From contig JACXUX010000001.1 in assembly GCA_014763725.1 (NCBI GenBank), positions 1 to 45,747 of the forward strand: a stretch of 45,747 bases of DNA, read 5' to 3'. The stretch comes from Rhodobacterales bacterium (lineage in GTDB: Bacteria; Pseudomonadota; Alphaproteobacteria; Rhodobacterales; Rhodobacteraceae). This document shows, in pieces, positions 37,081 to 45,747 of this stretch. The notes under the pieces were generated by a model, which did no database searches, was not told the origin of the DNA, and saw only the letters and a list, made by a program, of their open reading frames with translations. The position numbers were made by a program, and so were the translations under genes. The first letter of the stretch is position 1, and every line of letters starts with the position of its first letter.

Positions 37081-39198
37081 ATGGCACGCGAGTACCCGCT
37101 GAACCTCTACCGCAACTTCGGGATCATGGCCCACATCGACGCGGGCAAGACCACGACGACCGAGCGGATCCTGTACTACACCGGCAAGTCGCACAAGATC
37201 GGCGAAGTGCACGACGGCGCTGCGACCATGGACTGGATGGAGCAGGAGCAGGAACGCGGCATCACCATCACCTCGGCCGCGACCACGACCTTCTGGACCC
37301 GCTCGATCGATCCGGGCAAGGGCGAGGGTGAGAAGCACCGCTTCAACATCATCGACACCCCCGGACACGTCGATTTCACGATCGAGGTGGAGCGGTCGCT
37401 GGCGGTGCTGGACGGGGCCGTGTGCCTGCTGGACGCCAACGCGGGTGTCGAGCCGCAGACCGAGACGGTGTGGCGTCAGGCCGACCGCTACAAGGTTCCG
37501 CGGATCGTCTACGTCAACAAGATGGACAAGATCGGCGCGGACTTCTTCAAGTGCGTGCACATGATCAAGGACCGGACGGGCGCCACGCCCTGCCCGATCC
37601 AGCTGCCCATCGGCGCCGAAGACAAGCTGGAAGGCATCATCGACCTGATCACCATGGAAGAATGGGTGTATCAGGGCGAAGACCTGGGCGCGTCCTGGGT
37701 GCGTCAGCCGATCCGCGAGGATCTGCAGGGTCTGGCCGAGGAATGGCGCGGCAAGATGATCGAGCTGGCCGTCGAAATGGACGACGCCGCGATGGAAGCC
37801 TATCTCGAGGGCAACGAACCCGACACGGACACGCTGCGCAAGCTGATCCGCAAGGGCTGCCTGAGCATGAGCTTCGTCCCCGTCCTGGCCGGTTCGTCGT
37901 TCAAGAACAAGGGCGTGCAGCCGATGCTGAACGCCGTGGTCGACTATCTGCCCAGCCCGCTGGACGTGCCGCCCTACCTGGGCTTTGCCCCCGGCGACGA
38001 GACCGAGACCCGCAACATCGAGCGCAAGCCCGATGACGCGGAACCCTTCTCGGCGCTGGCGTTCAAGATCATGAACGACCCGTTCGTCGGCTCGCTGACC
38101 TTCACGCGCATCTATTCGGGCACGCTCAAGAAGGGCGACCAGATGTTGAACGCGACCAAGGGCAAGCGCGAGCGTGTCGGCCGCATGATGATGATGCACG
38201 CCATCAACCGCGAGGAAATCGAAGAAGCCTTCGCGGGCGACATCATCGCGCTGGCGGGTCTGAAGGAAACCACCACGGGCGACACGCTGTGCGACCCCGC
38301 CAAGCCGGTGGTTCTGGAAACCATGACCTTCCCCGAGCCGGTGATCGAGATCGCGGTCGAGCCCAAGTCCAAGAACGACCAGGAGAAGATGGGCCTTGCC
38401 CTGGCGCGCCTGGCGGCCGAGGATCCGTCCTTCCGTGTCGAGACCGATCTGGAATCGGGCCAGACCATCATGAAGGGCATGGGCGAACTTCACCTGGAAA
38501 TCCTCGTCGACCGGATGCGTCGCGAGTTCAAGGTCGAGGCGAACATCGGCGCCCCGCAGGTGGCCTACCGTGAAACGATCAGCCGCGAGGCCGAGATCGA
38601 CTACACCCACAAGAAGCAGACCGGCGGCACGGGCCAGTTCGCCCGCGTCAAGCTGGTGATCACCCCCACCGAACCGGGCGAGGGCTACAGCTTCGAATCC
38701 AAGATCGTGGGTGGTGCGGTTCCCAAGGAATACATCCCGGGTGTCGAAAAGGGCATCAAGTCGGTGATGGATTCGGGTCCGCTGGCCGGCTTCCCGGTGA
38801 TCGACTTCAAGGTCGCGCTGATCGACGGCGCCTTCCACGATGTCGACTCGTCGGTGCTGGCGTTCGAGATCGCGTCGCGGGCCGCCATGCGCGACGGCCT
38901 CAAGAAGGCCGGCGCCAAGCTGCTGGAACCGATCATGAAGGTCGAGGTGGTGACGCCCGAGGAATACACCGGGTCCATCATCGGTGACCTGACCAGCCGT
39001 CGCGGCATGGTGCAGGGCCAGGACAGCCGCGGCAACGCGAACGTCATCACCGCCATGGTGCCGCTGGCCAACATGTTCGGCTACATCAACAACCTGCGCT
39101 CGATGTCCTCGGGCCGGGCGGTGTTCACGATGCTGTTCGACCATTACGACGCCGTCCCGCAGAACATCTCTGACGAGATCCAGAAGAAATATGCGTGA
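37081..39198 (+). CDS. fusA: Elongation factor G
   Basis: 705 aa with [34 protein letters not shown] and [10 protein letters not shown]. Full length. Confidence 0.97.
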   Translation: MAREYPLNLYRNFGIMAHIDAGKTTTTERILYYTGKSHKIGEVHDGAATMDWMEQEQERGITITSAATTTFWTRSIDPGKGEGEKHRFNIIDTPGHVDFTIEVERSLAVLDGAVCLLDANAGVEPQTETVWRQADRYKVPRIVYVNKMDKIGADFFKCVHMIKDRTGATPCPIQLPIGAEDKLEGIIDLITMEEWVYQGEDLGASWVRQPIREDLQGLAEEWRGKMIELAVEMDDAAMEAYLEGNEPDTDTLRKLIRKGCLSMSFVPVLAGSSFKNKGVQPMLNAVVDYLPSPLDVPPYLGFAPGDETETRNIERKPDDAEPFSALAFKIMNDPFVGSLTFTRIYSGTLKKGDQMLNATKGKRERVGRMMMMHAINREEIEEAFAGDIIALAGLKETTTGDTLCDPAKPVVLETMTFPEPVIEIAVEPKSKNDQEKMGLALARLAAEDPSFRVETDLESGQTIMKGMGELHLEILVDRMRREFKVEANIGAPQVAYRETISREAEIDYTHKKQTGGTGQFARVKLVITPTEPGEGYSFESKIVGGAVPKEYIPGVEKGIKSVMDSGPLAGFPVIDFKVALIDGAFHDVDSSVLAFEIASRAAMRDGLKKAGAKLLEPIMKVEVVTPEEYTGSIIGDLTSRRGMVQGQDSRGNANVITAMVPLANMFGYINNLRSMSSGRAVFTMLFDHYDAVPQNISDEIQKKYA

Positions 39199-39285
39199 TC
39201 ACGCGGGGTGCGGCCCGACCCGGCCGCACCCGACCCCATCCGGGGGCGCACCCCGCCCCGCCGACCGACATGAGGAGCTGCCACG

Positions 39286-40264
<979 letters not shown>

Positions 40265-40426
40265 ACCTGGGTCTGCCCGCCACAAGGCCCCCCGTCGGTC
40301 GCGGCCGGCCACGTTCGGGTGAACGGGCGGGATTGCCTCGTGATTTCAATTCTCTGGCCAGGGGCCCCATGTTCCCGGTCAGAGGACGCGGCGTGGTGCC
40401 GTGACCCGGAACCGAAAGGACCTGCC

Positions 40427-40657
40427 ATGAAGATGATCGCCCTGACCGCCGCCGCGCTGGCCGCCCTGGCCACCACCGCCTCGGCCATGACCGCGGCGGA
40501 CGAACTGACCCCGCTGCAGCAGATGGAAATCCAGTCGCTGGTCAAGGGGGCCGACCTGGGCAACCTGACCACCGACCAGATCCTGGCGCTGCAGATGGCG
40601 CTGCACGCGGGCGAGGACAACGACCGCGGCCAGCAGATCCGCGCGATCCTGAACTGA
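40427..40657 (+). CDS. Small secreted hypothetical protein
   Basis: 76 aa with RBS AAAGGA at 40415-40420 and signal peptide MKMIALTAAALAALATTASA. The mature ~56 aa contain two similar helical segments, LTPLQQMEIQSLV and LTTDQILALQMAL. Confidence 0.5.
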   Translation: MKMIALTAAALAALATTASAMTAADELTPLQQMEIQSLVKGADLGNLTTDQILALQMALHAGEDNDRGQQIRAILN

Positions 40658-40679
40658 TCGGCCGGCACGGCCGGACATC

Positions 40680-40712
40680 GGGCCGCCCCCCCGGGGGCGG
40701 CCCTTGCCGTTT
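40680..40712 (+). terminator. Rho-independent-like terminator after the small secreted protein gene
   Basis: GGGCCGCCCC-CCCG-GGGGCGGCCC (40680-40703, 10-bp stem) followed by TTGCCGTTT. Confidence 0.5.
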
Positions 40713-40827
40713 CCCTGGCCCCGCACCCGTGCTATGCCCCGGACGCACCGGGCCTGGCGCCCGGCCGCAGCCGCCTCGGACGCCCCGTCATGCCGCCAGA
40801 TCCCGCCCCCACCCCGCCCGGTGCCGC

Positions 40828-41583
40828 ATGACCCCGACGGTCGCCGCCTTTGCCCATGTCCCGGGGCAGGCGATGGACCTGTATCTGCCGCCCGGGGCCG
40901 TGCAGGGCAGCGTGCTGTATCTGCATGGCGGCGGGTTCCGCCGCGGCGGGCGCGAGGGCGGGACCGCCGCCCGGCTGGCCCCGCCGCTGCTGCGGCAGGG
41001 CTGGGCGCTGGCGGTGGCCGACTATCGCCTGGCCACACCGCTGGAGGCCTTTGACCCCGACCGGCACGCCGCGATCCGGCGCATGGCGGCGCGCGGGGCG
41101 GCGGCGGCGGGGGTGTCGCCCCTGCTCTGCGGGGCGGCCTTTCTGGCGGCGGTCCAGGATGCGGGCGCGGCCGTCGCGGCGCTGCGCACGGGCGCAGCCG
41201 CCCCCGCCACCGCCGGGCGGCCGGTGCTGGCGCTGGGCCATTCGGCGGGCGGGATCGCGGCGCTGTCGCTGGTCTTTCCGCCCGAGGGCTGGGCCCCCCT
41301 GTCCCGCCCCGATGCCGTGCTGGCCACCGCCGCGGCCATGGTCCAGCCCTGGCGCATCGCGCCCGGCCAGCCGCCCTGCGTGATGCTGCACGGGCCCGCC
41401 GACCGCATCATCGGCCCGCGTGCGCCGACCGTGGCCGCCGCGCGGGCGCAGGCCACGGGCGCCGCGCTGCGCGTCATCGACACCGGCCTGCGCGGGCATG
41501 ACACGCAGCTGGCCGCGCTGTTGGACGGGCGGTTGTGGCCGCATCTGCAGGGGCTGCTGGATGCGCTGCGAGATGGCGCTTGA
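40828..41583 (+). CDS. Alpha/beta hydrolase (esterase/lipase, HGGG type)
   Basis: 251 aa from MTPTVAAFAHVPG (ATG at 40828). Oxyanion-hole LHGGGF and nucleophile-elbow GHSAGG motifs. Confidence 0.65.
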   Translation: MTPTVAAFAHVPGQAMDLYLPPGAVQGSVLYLHGGGFRRGGREGGTAARLAPPLLRQGWALAVADYRLATPLEAFDPDRHAAIRRMAARGAAAAGVSPLLCGAAFLAAVQDAGAAVAALRTGAAAPATAGRPVLALGHSAGGIAALSLVFPPEGWAPLSRPDAVLATAAAMVQPWRIAPGQPPCVMLHGPADRIIGPRAPTVAAARAQATGAALRVIDTGLRGHDTQLAALLDGRLWPHLQGLLDALRDGA

Positions 41584-41626
41584 TTTCCGCCCCGCCCTGC
41601 CCTAGGACGCGGCCCACGGACCCCGC

Positions 41627-41702
41627 AGGGGTATAGCTCAGTTGGTAGAGCGACGGTCTCCAAAACCGTAGGTCGCGGGTTCGAGCCCTGCTGCCCCTGC
41701 CA
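41627..41702 (+). tRNA. trnW: tRNA-Trp (anticodon CCA)
   Basis: 76-nt cloverleaf folded by hand. Acceptor AGGGGTA/TGCCCCT, D arm GCTC/GAGC, anticodon stem ACGGT/ACCGT with loop CTCCAAA (CCA), T arm GCGGG-TTCGAGC-CCTGC, discriminator G, encoded CCA. Confidence 0.9.
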
Positions 41703-41771
41703 GTCCGCCCCCTTTCGCTTGACATCGCCCGACCCGCGGCCAGCATGGGCCGACCCTGACGCGGCGGTGCC

Positions 41772-42671
41772 ATGAAGCGCACCCTGAACCTGCGTTACCT
41801 GGACGCGATCGCCCGCACCGGGTCGATCCGCAAGGCGGCCGAGACGCTGGCCATCACCTCGACCGCGCTGAACCGTCGCCTGCTGGCGATGGAGGACGAA
41901 CTGGGCGTCCAGCTGTTCGAACGGCTGCCGCGCGGGGTGCGGCTGTCGACGGCGGGCGAGCTGATGATCCACCACATCCACAGCCAGATGGCCGATCTGG
42001 AACGGGTCAAGTCCCAGATCGCCGATCTGGCGGGGGAACGGCGCGGCCATGTCGCGATCGCCTGTTCCCAGGCGCTGCTGCCCTATTTCCTGCCCGAACA
42101 GATCGCGCGGTATCGCGCCGAACATCCCGCGGTGACCTTCAGCGTGCATCTGCGCGACCGCGACGCGGCCGAACAGGCGCTGGCCGACCATTCGGCCGAT
42201 ATCGCCCTGGTGCTGGAGCCGGTGCGGTTTTCCGCCTTCGCCACGGTAATGGCGGTGCCCCAGCCGGTCTGCGCGGTGATGGCGGCGGGCCATCCGCTGG
42301 CCCAGCGCCCGGTGCTGCGGCTGTGCGACTGTCAGGCGTATCCGGTGGCGCTGCCCACGGCGGGCTATGGCGTGCGGCATCTGCTGGATCAGGCGCTGGC
42401 GCGGGCCTCGTTCGCGCTGATCCCGGCGATCGAATCGGACAGTTTCGAATTCCTGCGCCGCTATCCGGATTACGAACGGATGGTCACGTTCCAGGTGCCG
42501 ATCGGCCTGCCCCCGCCCGACCAGGGCGGGCTGGTCTGGCGGCCGGTCGACGGGCGCGACATCCGCCCCGCCCAGCTGGTGCTGGGCCAGCTGCGGGGGC
42601 GCACCCTGCCGGTGGCCGCCGCCAAGTTCGCCGATCAGTTGGCGCGCGCGCTGGCGGCCCGCTATGCCTGA
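41772..42671 (+). CDS. LysR family transcriptional regulator
   Basis: 299 aa with N-terminal HTH LRYLDAIARTGSIRKAAETLAITSTALNRRLLAMEDELGVQLFERLPRGVRLSTAGE and a C-terminal substrate-binding domain. Confidence 0.85.
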   Translation: MKRTLNLRYLDAIARTGSIRKAAETLAITSTALNRRLLAMEDELGVQLFERLPRGVRLSTAGELMIHHIHSQMADLERVKSQIADLAGERRGHVAIACSQALLPYFLPEQIARYRAEHPAVTFSVHLRDRDAAEQALADHSADIALVLEPVRFSAFATVMAVPQPVCAVMAAGHPLAQRPVLRLCDCQAYPVALPTAGYGVRHLLDQALARASFALIPAIESDSFEFLRRYPDYERMVTFQVPIGLPPPDQGGLVWRPVDGRDIRPAQLVLGQLRGRTLPVAAAKFADQLARALAARYA

Positions 42672-42892
42672 TCGTCCAGCATCTGCACGGGACGTTCCCA
42701 CTGGATCAGCACCACACAGCCCGGATCGGACCAGACGGAATGTTCCGACCCGGCGGGGTTCATCACCAGCGACCCGGTGGGGTAATGGCCGTATTCGTCG
42801 GTCTGCGCCCCCGCCAGCACCAGGATCGTTTCCAGCCCCATGTGCCGGTGGCGCGGCACGCTGGCCCCCGGCGCATAGCGCAACAGCGCCAC
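42662..42892 (-). CDS. Cupin domain protein (ChrR-like cupin); 5' boundary unresolved
   Basis: 76 aa from a GTG at 42892, with LLRYAPGASVPRHRHMGLETILVLAGAQTDEYGHYPTGSLVMNPAGSEHSVWS (cupin His motifs). Protein-like sequence (HIARLLPDWAALPFQPFRPGVEICPLRPGEPA) continues in frame upstream to about 43003 without any ATG, GTG or TTG. Confidence 0.6.
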   Translation of the reverse strand: MALLRYAPGASVPRHRHMGLETILVLAGAQTDEYGHYPTGSLVMNPAGSEHSVWSDPGCVVLIQWERPVQMLDDQA

Positions 42893-42995
42893 CGCCGGTT
42901 CCCCGGGCCGGAGCGGGCAGATCTCGACCCCCGGGCGAAAGGGCTGGAACGGCAGCGCCGCCCAGTCGGGCAGCAGCCGGGCGATGTGGCGGGGA

Positions 42996-43664
42996 TCAGA
43001 AATCCAGCGCCCCCAGCAGCTGATCCGTGGTCGCTGTCCAGCCCACGATCGCGCCCTGGGCGCGGATCATGGCCAGCGTGGCGGCCTTGAATTCGGGGAA
43101 ATAGCTGTCGGTCGCATCCTCGACCAGCAGGCAGTCGAAACCGCGGTCGTTCGCCTCGCGCATGGTGGTCTGGACGCAGACCTCGGTCGTGACGCCGGCC
43201 AGGATCAGGCTGCGAATGCCACGGGCGGCCAGATGGTCCCCCAGCGGGGTGGCGTAAAAGGCGCCCTTGCCCGGCTTGTCCAGCACCAGCTCGCCCGGGG
43301 CGGGGGCCAGGTCGGGCAGGATCGCCGCCCCCGGCTCGCCCGCGATCAGCACCCGCCCCATGGGCCCCGCATCGCCGATCCGCAGGCTGGGCGCGCCGCG
43401 CAGCCGTTTGGCGGGCGGGCAGTCCGACAGGTCGGGGCGGTGGCATTCGCGGGTATGGATCACCGGCAGCCCCGCCGCCCGCGCCCCCGCGATCAGCCGC
43501 GCCACCGTGGGCACGATGGCCTGCAGCCGCGTGACATCGTTGCCCAGGCTGGCGCCAAAGCCGCCCGGCTCGATGAAGTCGCGCTGCATGTCGATCACGA
43601 TCAGCGCGGTCGCGGCGGGGTCGAAGGCAAAGGGAAAGGGCAGCGCGCCCGGAACCGTGATCAT
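42996..43664 (-). CDS. Isochorismatase-family cysteine hydrolase (RutB/BiuH-like)
   Basis: 222 aa from [16 protein letters not shown] (ATG at 43664, in an ATGA overlap with the reconstructed stop of the ABC ATPase). Triad context [42 protein letters not shown]. Confidence 0.8.
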   Translation of the reverse strand: MITVPGALPFPFAFDPAATALIVIDMQRDFIEPGGFGASLGNDVTRLQAIVPTVARLIAGARAAGLPVIHTRECHRPDLSDCPPAKRLRGAPSLRIGDAGPMGRVLIAGEPGAAILPDLAPAPGELVLDKPGKGAFYATPLGDHLAARGIRSLILAGVTTEVCVQTTMREANDRGFDCLLVEDATDSYFPEFKAATLAMIRAQGAIVGWTATTDQLLGALDF

Positions 43665-44868
43665 GCGTGCCCCGCCATGTGATGGCCGATGGTGGCGATG
43701 TCGGCCGTGGCGGCCGGTTTCGTGGGTGATGCGCCCCTCGGACATCACCAGGATGCGGTCGGACAGGTCCATCACCTCGTCCAGGTCCTCGCCGATCAGC
43801 AGCACGGCGGCGCCGCGGTTGCGGGCCTGGATGATCCGCGCCCGGATCTCGGCCACGGCGGAAAATCCAGCCCGAAACAGGGATTCGAGATGACCAGCAG
43901 GTCCACCTCGCCCGTCAGTTCGCGCGCCAGCACCGCGCGCTGGACATTGCCGCCCGACAGGGCGGCGATCGGCGCCTCCAGCGAGGCGGTCCTGACCTTG
44001 AACGCCGCCACCAGATCGGCCGCCATCGCGCGCATGTCGGCGCGCGACAGCCAGAACCGCCACCCCGCGCCCCTGCGGTCGAAACTGCGGAAGGCGATGT
44101 TCTCGGCCACCGACATGCGGGGGGCGCAGGCGTTGCGCAGCGGCTCTTCGGGCAGATAGCGGACGGCGTGGCGCTGCGCCTCGGCCCGGGTGGCGCGCCA
44201 GGGGGTGCCCTTGACGCGGATCTCGCCCGCCTCGACCGGGCGCTGGCCGGTCAGCAGCTCCATCAGCTCGACCTGGCCGTTGCCGGACACGCCGGCGATG
44301 CCCACAACCTCGCCCGCGCGGACGGTCAGGCCCGCGATCTCGACCGACTTCAGCCCCGACCGGTCGCGCGCCCGCACGCCCGCCATGTCCAGCACCACGG
44401 CGCCGGGCGTGCCGTCGCGGGGCGCGGGGGCGGGGGCGGCCTCGGCCCCGATCATCATCCGCGCCAGGTCGCGATGGGTCAGGTCGGCCACCCGCCCCGT
44501 GCCCGCCAGCCGGCCGCGGCGCAGCACGCTGACCTCATCGGCAAAGGCGGTCACCTCGCGGAACTTGTGGCTGATCATCAGCACGGTGATGGCGCCCGCC
44601 GTGCACAGGCCGCGGACATGGCCCAGGATCTCATCCGCCTCATCCGGGGTCAGCACGCTGGTCGGTTCGTCCAGGATCAGGAAGCGGCGGCCCAGATACA
44701 GCTGCTTCAGGATCTCCAGCTTCTGCCGTTCGCCGGCGGCCAGCGTGGCCACGGGCCGGTCCAGCGGCACGGCAAAGGGCATGCGGTCCATGAAGGCGGC
44801 CAGCCGCGCCCGTTCGGCGCGCCAGTCGATGATGGCGGGGGCGTCGGGTCGGCGCCGATCTCCGTCAT
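43661..44868 (-). pseudogene. Two-domain ABC transporter ATP-binding protein (BMP/sugar-uptake type), disrupted
   Basis: The ATG at 44868 overlaps the stop of the upstream hydrolase (ATGA) and gives MTEIGADP. The reading then jumps frame at about 44835-44850 directly to ...IIDWRAERARLAAFMDRMPFAVPLDRPVATLAAGERQKLEILKQLY, so NBD1 Walker A and the Q-loop (around 100 or more codons) are missing. NBD2 is present ([31 protein letters not shown]). There is a 1-nt frameshift at the A4 run 43862-43865 and a second 1-nt frameshift near 43709-43720, before the C-terminus [17 protein letters not shown]-stop. Confidence 0.75.
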
Positions 44869-45560
44869 GGCAGCGCCCCGATCAGGCGGAGGCTGTCGGA
44901 CACCGCGCCAAAGACGCCGCCCTGCATCGTGACCATCCTGATCGCGGCGGCATGGTTGCCCGGGTCGGTCGCGCCGCAGCAATCCGACAGGATCAGGCAT
45001 TCGAAGCCGCGGTCGTTCGCCTCGCGCATGGTGGTGGACACGCAGACATCGGTGGTGATCCCGGTCAGGATCAGGTTGTCGATGCCGCGGGTGCGCAGGA
45101 TCAGCTCCAGATCCGTGGCGCAGAACGACGCCCTGCCCGGCTTGTCGATGATCGGCTCGCCCGGCAGGGGGGCCAGTTCCGGAATGATGTCCCAGCCCGG
45201 TTCGCCCCGCACCAGGATGCGCCCGCAGGGGCCGGCATCGCCGATGCCCGCGCCGATCTGCTGCGATCGCCAGCGCTTGTTCGCGGGCAGGTCGGCCAGG
45301 TCGGGCCGGTGGCCTTCGCGGGTGTGGATGACGTGGTAGCCCCGCGCCCGCATCGCGGCCAGCACCGCGCGGATCGGCTCGATCGGCGCCCGGGTCAGCG
45401 ACAGGTCATAGCCCATGCGGTCGACATAGCCGCCCGGGCCGCAGAAATCGGTCTGCATGTCGATGATGATCAGCGCGGTGTTTTCGGGCCGCAGGTCGCC
45501 GTTCCAGGGCCAGGCATAGGGGGTGGACGGGACAGTGGTCACGGGTCGGGCTCCGGTCAC
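44865..45560 (-). CDS. Isochorismatase-family cysteine hydrolase (paralog of 42996..43664)
   Basis: 231 aa with a GTG start overlapping the permease stop (GTGA). [41 protein letters not shown]. By-eye alignment gives roughly half identical residues with the downstream paralog. Confidence 0.8.
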   Translation of the reverse strand: MTGARPVTTVPSTPYAWPWNGDLRPENTALIIIDMQTDFCGPGGYVDRMGYDLSLTRAPIEPIRAVLAAMRARGYHVIHTREGHRPDLADLPANKRWRSQQIGAGIGDAGPCGRILVRGEPGWDIIPELAPLPGEPIIDKPGRASFCATDLELILRTRGIDNLILTGITTDVCVSTTMREANDRGFECLILSDCCGATDPGNHAAAIRMVTMQGGVFGAVSDSLRLIGALP

Positions 45561-45747
45561 TCGGTGATGCTCAATTCGCCGGGGGCGCCGGCCAGCGCCT
45601 GATGCGGCCGCGCGGTGGCGATCATCACGCCCAGCGTCAGCACATAGGGGGCGGCATAGAACAGGTAGTAGCCCTGCGACACGCCCACCGACTGCAGCGC
45701 CGGCCCGAGCGCCCCCGCCCCGCCGAACAGGATCGCCGCCCCGAAAC
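45557..45747 (-). CDS. ABC transporter permease, C-terminal fragment (gene continues beyond window)
   Basis: The minus-strand frame ends ...[39 protein letters not shown]-stop (TGA at 45557-45559). It is hydrophobic and resembles the BMP-family ABC permease C-terminus. Confidence 0.6.
   Translation of the reverse strand, partial: FGAAILFGGAGALGPALQSVGVSQGYYLFYAAPYVLTLGVMIATARPHQALAGAPGELSITE

Noticed and set aside
41627-41702. tRNA-Trp as an attachment site for a genomic island, with flanking accessory-looking genes on both sides.
   Set aside because: There is no integrase or recombinase gene. I found no direct repeat of the tRNA 3' end by eye in the flanks. There is no obvious compositional shift.

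Overview
High-GC (roughly 68-70% by eye) alphaproteobacterial chromosome segment, Rhodobacterales/Paracoccaceae-like judging from the RpoB, RpoC, EF-G and L11 sequences. The core is the conserved transcription/translation superoperon on the + strand: secE-nusG-rplKAJL-rpoB-rpoC, then rpsL-rpsG-fusA-tuf. The left flank carries a family-4 UDG, moaB, a DsbD-N-like protein, yqgE, a deoC plus double-module aldehyde dehydrogenase pair, a six-gene Pha/Mrp cation/proton antiporter operon (fused A/B subunit), an EamA transporter, adenine deaminase and a two-gene RND efflux system. The right flank carries a small secreted protein, an alpha/beta hydrolase, tRNA-Trp(CCA), a LysR regulator, and a minus-strand ABC-uptake/cysteine-hydrolase/cupin operon. 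I saw no CRISPR array, transposase, integrase or recognisable defence genes. The most unusual observations are these. (1) A sulfotransferase-fold gene sits tightly inside the normally invariant rpoB-rpoC junction. (2) A translationally coupled EamA/GT2/LAB_N/GT-C envelope-glycosylation module lies between rpoC and rpsL. (3) tuf carries a 197-nt frame-breaking internal deletion that removes the G4/G5 GTPase motifs, and the expected S10 operon is absent downstream. (4) An ABC ATPase has three independent lesions and is flanked by two paralogous cysteine hydrolases. (5) A terminator-like hairpin with a T5 tract lies between secE and nusG. Many long ORFs in the supplied track are antisense high-GC artefacts and were rejected.
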